Positions 39,355 to 50,262 are shown, counted from the stretch's first letter. The stretch is DNA of 64,000 nt from Pyrinomonadaceae bacterium (GCA_046313635.1 JBKBYA010000001.1:556340-620339); one strand, 5' to 3'. Notes: a model not told the origin generated them from the letters alone. Numbers and translations: made by a program.

Positions 39355-41694
39355 CTAGTAGGCCGCCGGGATCGGTCGGTCGCCGTTTTGGCCGAATGCG
39401 ATCGCCGAGAAACCGCCCGTGCTCCTGAGCACGTACCAGACGCCGGTCGAAGGCCTGAAGACCGACGCGTCGAATTTACCGTCGCCGTCGTAATCGCCCG
39501 GCGCCGCGACGTCGCCGCTCGTGCCGAAGGGATACGCGTAGTACGACACGTCCTCCGACCGCAAAACGAACCAGTAGCCCGTCGAAGGCTGGAAAAATGC
39601 GATGTCATCCTTGCCGTCGCCCGTGTGATCGCCGACGACCGGCTGATCGCTCGACGAGCCAAAGCCAAAGGCCCGCACCTGCGAGTCGGAGCTGCGCATA
39701 TACCACCATTCGGCGTAGCCGCTCGCGCCGTTTGGCCGCCAGATGCCGATGTCTTCGCGGCCGTCGCCGTCAAAGTCGGCATTGAGTGGTTTGTCGCCGC
39801 TCGCGCCAAAGGGGACGGTCGAGATCGTGCCGCGGCTGTCGGAATTTGCGATGTACCAGACGCCGCTCGACGGGCGAAAGACGGCCATGTCCGTCTTGCC
39901 GTCGCCGTTGAAATCCGCCGGTACCGGAATGTCGCCGCTCGCGCCGAAACTCTGCGTCGCGTAGATGCCGGCCTTGTTGAGCCAATGCCACGAGCCGTCC
40001 GTCTGCCTGAAGACAGCCATGTCCGTCTTGCCGTCGCCGTCGTAATCGCCCGGCACGATGAGGTCGGTCGCCGACGAGCCGAACTGCGCGCCGACGAGAT
40101 TTGAATTGCCGCTGAGCAGCATGTACCAGGTCGAATCCGCGGGGCGGAAGACGCTGTGGTCAGTCTTGCCGTCGCCGTCAAAGTCGGCGTTGCGATTCTT
40201 CAATATCGCCGCACCGGCGACCGGGCCGTCGGAGATGTTGCCGTCGATGTTGAATGTCACGCCGCCCCAGGTTTCGTTGTGCGGAGCCTGCCACTGCTTG
40301 ATGCGCTGGTGATTGGCCCACTCCGTGGTCGGGAATGCCGGAAAAGAAACGTAGGTCCAGACCGACATCACGTTGTCCCATCGCGCCATCCAGATCGCGT
40401 CCATCTTGCTCTGCGGGGGCAGGTTGACCCAGTCTTCCTGAGCGTTCTTGGGCGAGCCGTAGGTGCCTGATTTGTAGCCGAGCTCCTTGATGCGGTCTGT
40501 CCAGCCTTTGAGAAACGCGACCGTCGCGGCGCGGCATCCGAGCGTGTCGGGCGACGGCGGGTCATAACGCTCCATGTCGTAGTAAAGGATCGAGCCGGCG
40601 GTCAGCCCGATCGAGATCGCGTCGTTGACCGCGATGTCCGCCTCGCCTCGGCCCTGGCTCTCGGCGACGACCGGATCGTAGCTGAGTTTGACGGTCGTCG
40701 TTGACGACGTGCACGGCGATTGGTAACCGACGACCGTTGGGATAAGTCCCCAGCCCTGCGCCGTCACCTGATTGATCCATGTCGGATTATTTGTAAAGGG
40801 CTGAGTCGGGCATGCGCGGTTGCGGCCGCTCATGTAGATGTTCGTGTCGTAATGCGGCGAGTTGTTCCACCACGCCTGCATCTGCGCGACGGTGCCCGCC
40901 TGACATTTGTCGAATCCGCGATTCAGGCTGATCCTTGTCGAGCCGCCCGGCGGGAGAGCGAACATCGGCGAGCTTGCGGCCTCGGCCGCGAGACGCGAGC
41001 GTTCGGCTGCGGCGGCCGCGGCGATCTGCGGCGGGGTGATGTCGCGGCCTTTGGCGACGAGCCGCGTTTCCTGCATGCAGCCTTGTTTTGCCGCGGCGCA
41101 CCTGCCTTCGGTGACGACGGTCCATTCGCCGGCAGAAAGCGCGGCCGGCTCGGCGTCTGTGTTCAGCTCGACCTTGCGAGAGATCAGCTCGAGCGTACCG
41201 TCGTCGCGGACGCGAAACTTCGCACGGCCGTCAAAGTTTGAGCTCGTCACGATGCGAAATTCGATCTCGATACTGCCGCCCGCTCCGAGCCTGATCTCGG
41301 CTCGATCAAGCGAGAGATCGTTCAACAGGTCGGCGTCGGCCGCGAGCCGGCGCCGCGACCACGTGCTGCCGCCGTCGTTCGACGCGGCGAGAGCGATCGT
41401 GCCGGTCGGGCCTGTGACGAGCGCGATCAGTTCGTTATGGCTGCCCTCGACGGCGGCGATCGCTTCCGTCGAAGCGAGCTCGAGCGAAGACTCGGCCCAA
41501 GTCGCTCCGGCGTCGGCGGTCAGAAATATCTTTCGCGACGTGTAAGCGTAGCCGGCCGCGCCTTGCGAGCCGATGCCTCGGATGAGCCAGTCCTCGCTAT
41601 TCATCTCCGCCGCGGCGGTCGAAAATGCCGGAAAAGCGGCAAGCTGAATCACGAGGAGAATGAGAACGAGAGTAGCGGTGGATGCAGTTTTCAT
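39355..41694 (-). CDS. Secreted DUF1906 (GH25-like) hydrolase with C-terminal FG-GAP/VCBS repeats
   Basis: GFDKC, IYMSGRNRAC, YYDME, HQRIKQW...ETWGGVTFNID; five D(F/Y/H)xGDGxxD repeats. Confidence 0.85.
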   Translation of the reverse strand: MKTASTATLVLILLVIQLAAFPAFSTAAAEMNSEDWLIRGIGSQGAAGYAYTSRKIFLTADAGATWAESSLELASTEAIAAVEGSHNELIALVTGPTGTIALAASNDGGSTWSRRRLAADADLLNDLSLDRAEIRLGAGGSIEIEFRIVTSSNFDGRAKFRVRDDGTLELISRKVELNTDAEPAALSAGEWTVVTEGRCAAAKQGCMQETRLVAKGRDITPPQIAAAAAAERSRLAAEAASSPMFALPPGGSTRISLNRGFDKCQAGTVAQMQAWWNNSPHYDTNIYMSGRNRACPTQPFTNNPTWINQVTAQGWGLIPTVVGYQSPCTSSTTTVKLSYDPVVAESQGRGEADIAVNDAISIGLTAGSILYYDMERYDPPSPDTLGCRAATVAFLKGWTDRIKELGYKSGTYGSPKNAQEDWVNLPPQSKMDAIWMARWDNVMSVWTYVSFPAFPTTEWANHQRIKQWQAPHNETWGGVTFNIDGNISDGPVAGAAILKNRNADFDGDGKTDHSVFRPADSTWYMLLSGNSNLVGAQFGSSATDLIVPGDYDGDGKTDMAVFRQTDGSWHWLNKAGIYATQSFGASGDIPVPADFNGDGKTDMAVFRPSSGVWYIANSDSRGTISTVPFGASGDKPLNADFDGDGREDIGIWRPNGASGYAEWWYMRSSDSQVRAFGFGSSSDQPVVGDHTGDGKDDIAFFQPSTGYWFVLRSEDVSYYAYPFGTSGDVAAPGDYDGDGKFDASVFRPSTGVWYVLRSTGGFSAIAFGQNGDRPIPAAY

Positions 41695-41833
41695 TTGTGA
41701 GATTGACCCCGGATCGATTTAGTATCGTGATCGAAATTGCCGGAATTATAGCCAACACTGATACCGAACGCCAAGGTGAATGTGCCGCCCCGATCCGTTT
41801 TACCGCAGCGTGCTGACTGAGTTAACTTAATGC

Positions 41834-43810
41834 TTGCCCGCGGGCCTCTCCGATATGCTTCTGTCGATCCTGCTGATCATGGCGACGACCGCCGGCGGTC
41901 TCGCCGTCACGTACGTGATGCGAGAGCGCGACGAGCCGCTGATGTGGCGGCTTGCGGCGGGCTCGGTCATCGGCAGCGTGATCTGCGGCACGGCGGCCTT
42001 TGCGCTCTCGCTCGCGGCCGGGCTCGGCATCGCGACGGCAGCAGTGTCGATCGCCGTCGCGATGGCGCCGCTGCTGTTGTTTACCGACTACGGGCGGCGG
42101 CACGAATTGCGTCGCGATCTGCAGCGAGCTCGCGGCAAGCTCGACGGAGCGACGCCCGCAAAGTTCCGCGCATTCCTCTACTACGCATTCTTTTTCGTTC
42201 TCTTTTGCGTCTATTTCAGCTACGCGATGTACGAGACGCCGGAGGGCATCTTTACCGGCGGCTCGCAAAATCTCGGTGACCTGCCCTTTCATCTCGGCGC
42301 GATCTACAGCTTCACCGACGGCAACAATTTTCCGCCGCAGAACCCTTCATTTGCCGGAGCGAGATTTTCTTATCCGTTCATCGCCGACCTGCTGACCGCC
42401 GTTTATGCAAAGCTCGGCGCCGACATACGCCCGGCGATGATCGTGCAGGACGTCGCGTGGGCTTTTGCTCTGCTGATCGTGCTCCAGCGTTTTGTCGCGA
42501 GGATGACGGGCGGCGATCGCCTTGCGGAAAAGCTGGGAGCGGCGATGCTCTTTTTCAGCGGCGGCCTCGGCTTCGTTTGGTTTTTGAGCGACTACTGGCA
42601 GCAGGCAAAGAGCTTTACCGACTTTGTCTGGAGCATTCCGGGCGATTACACGATCACGAACGAGTTTCGCTGGGGCAACTCGCTCGTCACGCTTTTTATC
42701 ACGCAGCGAAGTTTGCTGCTCGGAATGCCGCTGACGATCGTCGTGCTCGGATGGCTGTGGGACGCGTTTCGCGAAAAGCTCTCGAGCGACAGCTCCGAGG
42801 CCGCCGCGGCAGAGCGTACATTTGCTGCGCCATTCGTGCTGGGACTGCTCGCGGGAACTCTGCCGCTCGTGCATCTGCACAGTCTGGTGGTGCTGTTTGT
42901 CGTCGGCGTGTTTCTCTTTATTTTTCGTCCTGAGAAGTGGCGCGTCTGGACGACGTTTGCGGCCGGTGTCGCGGTCGTCGCGGTGCCTGAGCTGCTTTGG
43001 GCGATGCAGGGCACGGCGTCGCGGCCCTCGGAATTTATCGCCCCTCACTTTGGCTGGGACAAGGGCGAGACAAACTTCGTCTGGTTCTGGATAAAGAATG
43101 TCGGCCTCTTTATCCCGCTGATCGCGACAGGAATTTATCTCCTGGCGACGCGCCGCGGCGAGGCGAACAAAGATCTGCCCGACATGCGGAGCCTCGTCTT
43201 CTTTTACGTCCCGTTCGCTTTTTGCTTTGTCATCGCAAACAGCTTCAAGCTCGCCCCGTGGGAGTGGGACAACATAAAGGTGCTGATCTATTGGTTTGTC
43301 GGCTCGATCCCGCTCGTCGCGTACGCTCTCGCGTGGGCGTGGCGGCGAAGCGGCGCGATGCGGGTCGTCGCGGCCGCTGCGTTCGTATCGCTGATCTTCT
43401 CCGGCGCGATCGACGTGTGGCGGACCGCGTCGGGGCAGATCAAGACAAAGGTCTTTACGCGCGACGATGTCGAGATCGCGCGGCAGGTCAGGCAGCGGAC
43501 CGAAGCCGATGCGATTCTTTTGAACGCTCCGACCTATAATTCCGCCGCCGTGCTGACCGGACGGCTGTCTTTTATACGCTATCCCGGACATCTCTCGTCG
43601 CACGGCATCGATCATCGCGAGCGCGAAGAGCAGGTAAAACAGATGTACGCGGGCGGGCCGGCTGCGGAGAAGGCGTTCGATATTTTTGGGATAAAGTACG
43701 TTCTCGTAACGCCCGCTGAGACCGGCTCGCTCAGCGTCAATCAGGCCTATTTTTCGAAGTTTCCGGTCGCGGCCGAGGCGGGCCAGAACAGGCTGTACAA
43801 GGTCAGATAG
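41834..43810 (+). CDS. Polytopic membrane protein, GT-C-like
   Basis: Many TMs; GDLPFHL, YPF..D, QRS, WEWDN.K; start uncertain. Confidence 0.65.
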   Translation: MPAGLSDMLLSILLIMATTAGGLAVTYVMRERDEPLMWRLAAGSVIGSVICGTAAFALSLAAGLGIATAAVSIAVAMAPLLLFTDYGRRHELRRDLQRARGKLDGATPAKFRAFLYYAFFFVLFCVYFSYAMYETPEGIFTGGSQNLGDLPFHLGAIYSFTDGNNFPPQNPSFAGARFSYPFIADLLTAVYAKLGADIRPAMIVQDVAWAFALLIVLQRFVARMTGGDRLAEKLGAAMLFFSGGLGFVWFLSDYWQQAKSFTDFVWSIPGDYTITNEFRWGNSLVTLFITQRSLLLGMPLTIVVLGWLWDAFREKLSSDSSEAAAAERTFAAPFVLGLLAGTLPLVHLHSLVVLFVVGVFLFIFRPEKWRVWTTFAAGVAVVAVPELLWAMQGTASRPSEFIAPHFGWDKGETNFVWFWIKNVGLFIPLIATGIYLLATRRGEANKDLPDMRSLVFFYVPFAFCFVIANSFKLAPWEWDNIKVLIYWFVGSIPLVAYALAWAWRRSGAMRVVAAAAFVSLIFSGAIDVWRTASGQIKTKVFTRDDVEIARQVRQRTEADAILLNAPTYNSAAVLTGRLSFIRYPGHLSSHGIDHREREEQVKQMYAGGPAAEKAFDIFGIKYVLVTPAETGSLSVNQAYFSKFPVAAEAGQNRLYKVR

Positions 43811-43820
43811 ATCCAAAGAG

Positions 43821-45632
43821 ATGGCAACAGAAACAGAGACGGTCGAGACGACGACGGCCGAAGGCGGTGAGCAGCGGCTAGATGTGATGTGGCTCGCGAT
43901 CTCGGGGCTCGTCATCGCGGCGGCGACATTCCTGCGCTTTTACTGGCTCACGCTCAAGCCGCTGCATCATGACGAGGGCGTCAACGGATTTTTTCTTACC
44001 AACCTCTTTCGTGACGGCGTCTACAAGTACGATCCCGCGAATTATCACGGCCCGACGCTCTATTACATCTCGCTCGGCTTTGTCGAACTCTTTGGTCTGA
44101 ATACGACGACGGTCCGAGCGAGCGTCGCCATCTTTGGCGTGCTGATGGTCGCGCTGACGCTGTACCTGCGGCGGTACATCGGCGACAAGGGCACGTTTTA
44201 CGCGGCTCTGTTTCTCTCTCTGTCGCCGGGCATGGTCTTTATCTCGCGGTATTTCATTCACGAGATCTTTTTCGTCTTCCTGAGCCTCGGCGTGGCGTAC
44301 TCGGTCGCGGCGTTCATCTCTAAAACAAAGGCAGGTCCCGCGGCGGTCGCGTGGCTCGCGATCATTTTGCTCGTATGCTTTCTGCCGTCGGCGCTGACGC
44401 TCGCGTCGAAGATCGGCAGCGAAAATGAGACGGCGCTTTGGGCTTTCAGGATCGGGTTCTTTCTCGTCGAGGCGGTGCTGGTTTTTGTGATCGTCCGGAT
44501 GCTGCTCAACTGGAACGGCGGGCGGCCGATCTACATTCTGCTCGCGGCGGCGTGCGCGGCGCTGATGTTCGCGACAAAAGAGACGGCGTTCATCACGCTC
44601 GGCACGATGCTGATCGCCGTCGGCTGCGTCGCCGTCTGGCTGCGGATCAGAAAGACCGCAAACGCACCCGTCGATCACGCGGACAAGATCGACGACGAGG
44701 AGCTGCGATCCGGCAACTTTCGCGCGGCGCTCGGCTCCGGCAGCGACCGCGTGCTGCTGTTTGCGGCCGCGGCGGCGCTGTCGGTGTACCTGCTCGTGCT
44801 TTTCTTCTCGTCCTTCTTTACGTACTGGGAAGGCGTCAAAGGCGCGATCGACGCGTACGCGATCTGGACGCGGACGGGCAGCAAGGACCACACGCAGAAC
44901 GGCATCTGGGCTTACGTCACGTGGGGAATGAAGCTCGAGGCGCCGATCCTCATCCTCGGCGCGGCGGGCATCGTCGTCGCATTTATCAAGGCGAGACACC
45001 GGTTTGCGATGTTCACGGGGCTGTGGGGCTTTGGGCTTTTTGCGGCGTACACGATCATCCCGTACAAGACGCCGTGGCTTGCTCTCAGCTTTTTGCTGCC
45101 GCTTGCGATCATGGCCGGCTATGCGATCGGGCAGGGAATGTCGTCAAAGCTGAGCGAGGTCAGGTACGCGGCGATGGCGGTGAGCGTGCTCGCGGCGGCG
45201 GTGCTCGCTTACCAGAGCTACGAGCTGAATTTCGTCCGTTACGACGACGACCGGATGCCGTACGTTTACGCCCACACGCGGCGCGAGTTTCACGATCTTG
45301 TGGAGCAGATCGACCACTACGCCGACAAGAGCGGCAAGGGCCGCGACGCGGTCATCGACATCGTCTCGCCCGACTACTGGCCGATGGTCTGGTATCTCAG
45401 AGACTACAGCCACGCAAACTTTTACGGCCGCATGATCGAGACGAGCGATGCGGAGATGATCGTCGCGAAAAAGGACGATCAGGACGCCGATGTCGTTCGC
45501 CGATATTCGGCCAAATACTTTTATGTCGGATCGTGGCCGCTCAGGCCGGGCGTCGAGCTGATGCTGCTCGTCAAAAAGGAGATCGCGGACGCCGCAGACG
45601 CGACCGAGCTCTACCGCATCCGCGAGCGTTGA
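43821..45632 (+). CDS. PMT/ArnT-like membrane glycosyltransferase (TIGR03663-like)
   Basis: PLHHDEGVN, YDP.NYHGP, SRYFIHE, ATKE, IPYKTPW. Confidence 0.8.
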   Translation: MATETETVETTTAEGGEQRLDVMWLAISGLVIAAATFLRFYWLTLKPLHHDEGVNGFFLTNLFRDGVYKYDPANYHGPTLYYISLGFVELFGLNTTTVRASVAIFGVLMVALTLYLRRYIGDKGTFYAALFLSLSPGMVFISRYFIHEIFFVFLSLGVAYSVAAFISKTKAGPAAVAWLAIILLVCFLPSALTLASKIGSENETALWAFRIGFFLVEAVLVFVIVRMLLNWNGGRPIYILLAAACAALMFATKETAFITLGTMLIAVGCVAVWLRIRKTANAPVDHADKIDDEELRSGNFRAALGSGSDRVLLFAAAAALSVYLLVLFFSSFFTYWEGVKGAIDAYAIWTRTGSKDHTQNGIWAYVTWGMKLEAPILILGAAGIVVAFIKARHRFAMFTGLWGFGLFAAYTIIPYKTPWLALSFLLPLAIMAGYAIGQGMSSKLSEVRYAAMAVSVLAAAVLAYQSYELNFVRYDDDRMPYVYAHTRREFHDLVEQIDHYADKSGKGRDAVIDIVSPDYWPMVWYLRDYSHANFYGRMIETSDAEMIVAKKDDQDADVVRRYSAKYFYVGSWPLRPGVELMLLVKKEIADAADATELYRIRER

Positions 45633-45675
45633 CGCGGCGGCCCCGAGCCGCGGCGCGGCCATCACTCGAGCGTCC

Positions 45676-45900
45676 TCAATCGCCGCCGCCCGCTTCGCGG
45701 AGGAGTTCGTCGATCTCGTCGAGCTCGCGCCGGAGCTGGGCTTCCATCGTTATCGCGACCTGGTCCTGCTCGAGCTGTATGGCCTGCTCCTCGGGGTCGC
45801 GGTCCAGCTCGATCCGCAGATCGCCGTCAACACGTCTAAGCTGCGCGAGCAGCTCCTCACGCCTTCTGATCAGATCGTCTTTTGAAACTTGGTTCGGCAT
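45676..45900 (-). CDS. Small coiled-coil protein resembling the DksA/TraR helical hairpin
   Basis: CAGGA RBS; helix-DPEEQA-helix; no Cys. Confidence 0.6.
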   Translation of the reverse strand: MPNQVSKDDLIRRREELLAQLRRVDGDLRIELDRDPEEQAIQLEQDQVAITMEAQLRRELDEIDELLREAGGGD

Positions 45901-46046
45901 TTCGGTCCTGTTGTAGAGGAGAGTTTTACCTGAGTTTATCTCGTTTACGCGCCGCCGACCAATTGCATTTGCCGCAGGCAGCGGCGCCGCTAGATGCCCG
46001 CTTTGAACGGGAGTATCATAGGCGCGTAATCTCCACCCTTAAGATC

Positions 46047-47990
46047 ATGGGCGACAAAATGGTCGCTTCTGTCAACGACCAGGCACAACTCAGGGCTTTT
46101 ACCAAGGCCGTGCTCGACGATCTCCGCGCGCTTCGGTCGATGATGGAGTCCGGCCGGATGGAGACGGGCGTCTACCGGATCGGCGCCGAACAGGAGATGT
46201 TCCTTGTCGACGCGTCGATGCGGCCCGCGCCTCTCGCAATGGAGGTGATCGCCGCTGCCGGAGAGTCGCGGCTTACGACCGAGATCGGGCGATTCAATCT
46301 CGAGGCCAATCTGACGGTCTCGGAATTTGCCGGCTCGTGCCTGAGCGATCTCGAGAGAGAGCTTAACGAGCTGATCTCGATCGTGCGGCGTGCGATGTCG
46401 CAACTCGCGGGCGGTGGTGTGGTGCTTTGCGGCATCCTGCCGACGATACAGCGGTCCGACCTGGTCGAGGGCAACCTCACGCCGAGCCCGCGCTACGAGG
46501 AGATGAACCGCGTCATCACCGCTCTGCACGGCGATGACCGGATGGTGCACGTCAAAGGACTCGATGAGATCGGCCTGCATCTGTGCGACACGTTCCTTGA
46601 GTTTTCTAATACCAGCTTTCAGGTCCATCTGCAGCCGCCGATCGAGGATTTTGTCGAGCTGTACAACTGGTCGCAGGCGGTCGCGGCGCCGGTGCTCGCG
46701 GTGGCCGTGAATTCGCCCCTGCTGATGGGCACGCGGCTTTGGCACGAGACGCGCCTCGCGCTTTTTCAGCAGTCGGTCGACGAGCGATCGCCGACGCATC
46801 ACGAGCGCCGCCGGCCCGCTCGGGTCACTTTTGGCCACGACTGGGTGAGAGGCTCGATCCTCGACGTCTTTCATGAGGACGTCGCGCGGTTTCGGATAAT
46901 CCTCACGCGCGAGATCGACGAGGATCCGATGGCGGCGGTCGCAGCGGGCCGGGTTCCGAGTCTCAACGCCTGGCGGCTGCACAACGGCACGGTCTGGCGT
47001 TGGAATCGCCCGTGCTACGGCATCTTTAACGGCCGCCCCGGTCTGCGGATCGAGGCCCGATACCTGCCTGCCGGCCCGACGGTCGTGGACGAGGTCGCAA
47101 ATGCCGCGCTGCTGCTCGGGCTGCTGACCGCGCTTCCAGACGAGTATGGCGACGTGACCCGCAGAATGGCGTTTGACGATGCGAAGTCAAATTTTTTCAG
47201 CGCCGCGCGCTCGGGGATCAGGTCGCAGATCGCGTGGCTCGACGGCCGCAGCTATTCGGCGCAGGAGCTCGTGCTCAACGAGTTGATCCCGCGCGCCGAA
47301 CACGGCCTCCGCGGACGCGGCATCGAGACCGGCGACATCGACCGCTATCTCGGCGTGCTGCGTGAACGTGTCGCCCGCGGCATCACCGGCGCAAAGTGGA
47401 TGCTCGACTCGCTCTCGCGAATGGACCCCGCAGCCAAGACCAACGTGCGAATGCGCACGCTGACCGCATCGATGATGGAAAATCAGCAAAACGAACGGCC
47501 GCTCTCAGAATGGCCGCCGGCAAAGATCGCCGAGAGTTCGGACTGGATCGACAGCTATAAGACGGTCGAGCAGTTTATGTCGCGCGACCTTTTTACCGTG
47601 CGGCCCGACGACATCCTCGATCTCGCGGCGAGCATAATGAACTGGCGCCACGTCAGGCACGTGCCCGTCGAGGACGATTCGGGCAGCCTCGTAGGCATCA
47701 TCTCGCATCGCGATCTGATCAGGCTCTTTGCCGAAGAAAGGGACCGCAGCGCGAGCGTCGTCGTGAGAGACGTGATGCATTCGGACCTTGTGACCGTCAC
47801 GCCCGAGACGAGCTCGCTCGAGGCTCTCCACCTGATGCGCGACCGCAAGATCGGGTGCCTCCCCGTTTGTCAGAATGGCAAGCTCGTCGGGATCTTGACC
47901 GCGCACGATTTCTTGACCGTATCGACGCGACTCTTTGAGGAGTGCCTAAAAGAACAGTCAACTCGGGCCGCCGACCCGTCTGCTCGTTAG
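46047..47990 (+). CDS. Glutamate--cysteine ligase-family protein fused to tandem CBS domains
   Basis: IGAEQE, TTEIGRFNLE, SFQVHLQ, WRWNRPCY, LRIE.R.LPAGPT; C-terminal CBS pair. Confidence 0.85.
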   Translation: MGDKMVASVNDQAQLRAFTKAVLDDLRALRSMMESGRMETGVYRIGAEQEMFLVDASMRPAPLAMEVIAAAGESRLTTEIGRFNLEANLTVSEFAGSCLSDLERELNELISIVRRAMSQLAGGGVVLCGILPTIQRSDLVEGNLTPSPRYEEMNRVITALHGDDRMVHVKGLDEIGLHLCDTFLEFSNTSFQVHLQPPIEDFVELYNWSQAVAAPVLAVAVNSPLLMGTRLWHETRLALFQQSVDERSPTHHERRRPARVTFGHDWVRGSILDVFHEDVARFRIILTREIDEDPMAAVAAGRVPSLNAWRLHNGTVWRWNRPCYGIFNGRPGLRIEARYLPAGPTVVDEVANAALLLGLLTALPDEYGDVTRRMAFDDAKSNFFSAARSGIRSQIAWLDGRSYSAQELVLNELIPRAEHGLRGRGIETGDIDRYLGVLRERVARGITGAKWMLDSLSRMDPAAKTNVRMRTLTASMMENQQNERPLSEWPPAKIAESSDWIDSYKTVEQFMSRDLFTVRPDDILDLAASIMNWRHVRHVPVEDDSGSLVGIISHRDLIRLFAEERDRSASVVVRDVMHSDLVTVTPETSSLEALHLMRDRKIGCLPVCQNGKLVGILTAHDFLTVSTRLFEECLKEQSTRAADPSAR

Positions 47991-48259
47991 AGCCCTTTTG
48001 CCCGACGCCGTCAAAAGATATCGGGCCGGTCCGGCAGACACAAGCCTCCCGGCCTGTCGCCTTTTATCCGTCATGCGGGGCCGGCGGCTGGTCAAAACGG
48101 TCTTGGCGGTCTTCGCGCACGTCTCGACAGGCTTGTCCGCACGGTACGTTCACTTCTCGCACGGTCCCGTCTCATTCGGAAAGTTGACTTAGACGCAGCC
48201 CGAGCCGGGCCGCGCGGGCCCCAAAACATTTTGCGGCACCGCTCGTACTTCTGACTGCT

Positions 48260-49027
48260 ATGAAGAAATTTACGATCCTTTTATTCCTGTCGATCGCGCT
48301 CGCGACGCCGGCCTTTGCGGCGGCGATAAAGAACGGCGAAGACCTCCTCGCCGCGATGCACGCGCGCTACGCGGGCAAGTGGTACAAGACGCTTACATTC
48401 ATTCAAAAAACGACGAACTACAAACCCGACGGCACCTCGACGGTCGAGACCTGGTACGAGGCGATGAGCCTGCCGGGCAAGCTGCGTATCGATATCGACC
48501 CGTCGGAGAAGGGCAACGGGATCTTGTTTGCGAACGGCAAGATCTACACGTTTCGCGACGGCAAGCTGGCCGCCGAGCGCCCGCTCGTTCACCCGCTGAT
48601 GGTGCTCGGCTTTGACGTTTACGGCCAGCCGGTCGAGACGACGATCGGGCAGGTCAAAGGCCTCGGCATCGACCTCTCGACCATTTACGAAGAGAAGTGG
48701 CAGGGCCGCGACGTTTACGTCATCGGCGCAAAGCAGGGCGACCTCACGCGGCCGCAGGTCTGGGTCGATAAAAAGAATTTGTATTTCGTCCGGCTGATCC
48801 AGCTCGTCGGCAAGGACAAAAAGAACGTGCAGGAGATCCAGTTCAATAAATACTTCAAGATCAAAGGCGGCTGGGTCGCGCCCGAGGTGATCTTTATCGT
48901 CGACGGCAAGACGACCACCCTCGAGGAATACTCCGACGTGCAGGCCAACGTCGATCTAAACGCCGATCTGTGGGACCCCGCAAAATGGATGACGGCCGAC
49001 CGCTCGTATTACAAGATCAAGAAATGA
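48260..49027 (+). CDS. Secreted hypothetical protein (LolA-like fold possible)
   Basis: Signal peptide; beta-rich; coupled to the next gene. Confidence 0.7.
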   Translation: MKKFTILLFLSIALATPAFAAAIKNGEDLLAAMHARYAGKWYKTLTFIQKTTNYKPDGTSTVETWYEAMSLPGKLRIDIDPSEKGNGILFANGKIYTFRDGKLAAERPLVHPLMVLGFDVYGQPVETTIGQVKGLGIDLSTIYEEKWQGRDVYVIGAKQGDLTRPQVWVDKKNLYFVRLIQLVGKDKKNVQEIQFNKYFKIKGGWVAPEVIFIVDGKTTTLEEYSDVQANVDLNADLWDPAKWMTADRSYYKIKK

Positions 49028-50202
49028 AGAGACCGAATCTATTTCGAATGCTGCTTGCGGCGCTCGTGCTAGCGTGCGCGGCTGCCGCGACGCCCGCGCA
49101 GAAGCCGGTCTCGGCGACCGGAACCAACGTTCTCAAGAAGCAGATCGGCCAAAAGCTGGACGAGTGGCACAAGGCGGGAAAGTTCCCGGGCGCGACCGTC
49201 GGCGTCGTCCTGCCGGACGGCGAGTCGTTCGGCCTCGCGATCGGATTTTCGGACCGCGAGACAAAGACGCCGATGAAGCCGGATGACCGGATGCCCGCGG
49301 GCAGCACCGGCAAGACCTTTGCCGCGGCCCTGGCGATGCAGCTCGTGAAGAGCGGAAAGATCTCGCTCGACGACCGCGTCGAGAAGTATCTCGGAAAAGA
49401 GCCGTGGTTCACGAGGCTGCCGAACGCGCGCGACATCACCATTCGCCAGTTGATGAATCACACGAGCGGGCTCGTCCGCTACGAATTCAAAAAAGAATTC
49501 ACCGACTATCTGACGGCACATCCTTACAAGGTCTGGACGCCCGAGGACCGTCTCGCGTACCTCTTCGACGCGAAGGCGCCATTCGAGGCCGGCAAAGGCT
49601 GGGACTATTCCGACACAAATTACATCGTGCTCGGAATGATCATCGAGCGCGTGACGGGAAAAGAGTTTTACGACGAGGCCGAGAGGTGGTTTATCAAGCG
49701 GTTCAAACTGCACGGCACGATCCCGCAGGACGGGCCGGTGCTGAAAGGCGTCGTTCAGGGCTACGCGGGACCGAATAATCCATTCGGCGGGCGCGACCGG
49801 ATGATCGAGAACGGAAGATTCATCGTCAACCCGCAGCTCGAATGGACCGGCGGCGGATGGGCGTCGACCGGCGAGGACCTCGCCCGCTGGGCAAAGCTGA
49901 TGTACGAAGGGCGAGCATTCGACCCGTCGATGCTGCCCGTAATGCTCGACGGCGTCACCGCTCCGATGCTCGGCCGCGAGACCAAATACGGTCTCGGCGT
50001 GATCATTCGAAACACGCCGGCTGGCACGTCGTACGGTCACAGCGGATTCTTCCCGGGCTACATGACCGACATGATGTACTTCCCCGACAGCAAGGTCGCG
50101 GTCGCCGTGCAGGTGAATACGAGCGTCGCGCAAGACCTCGGCAAACCTCTCGGCCGCATCGCCGTCGAGATCGCCGAGACGGTGATCGCTGCGGCCAAAT
50201 GA
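49024..50202 (+). CDS. Serine hydrolase, beta-lactamase/AmpC-like family
   Basis: GSTGK (SxxK), LMNHTSG, YSDTNY, GHSG. Confidence 0.9.
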   Translation: MKRPNLFRMLLAALVLACAAAATPAQKPVSATGTNVLKKQIGQKLDEWHKAGKFPGATVGVVLPDGESFGLAIGFSDRETKTPMKPDDRMPAGSTGKTFAAALAMQLVKSGKISLDDRVEKYLGKEPWFTRLPNARDITIRQLMNHTSGLVRYEFKKEFTDYLTAHPYKVWTPEDRLAYLFDAKAPFEAGKGWDYSDTNYIVLGMIIERVTGKEFYDEAERWFIKRFKLHGTIPQDGPVLKGVVQGYAGPNNPFGGRDRMIENGRFIVNPQLEWTGGGWASTGEDLARWAKLMYEGRAFDPSMLPVMLDGVTAPMLGRETKYGLGVIIRNTPAGTSYGHSGFFPGYMTDMMYFPDSKVAVAVQVNTSVAQDLGKPLGRIAVEIAETVIAAAK

Positions 50203-50232
50203 GTCCGGCGTTTAGCCGCCGTTAGAGATGAA

Positions 50233-50262
50233 GAGGCCGTCCACGAAAGGCGGCCTCATTTA
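50233..50262 (+). terminator. Intrinsic terminator
   Basis: gaggccgtc...ggcggcctc followed by attt. Confidence 0.55.
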
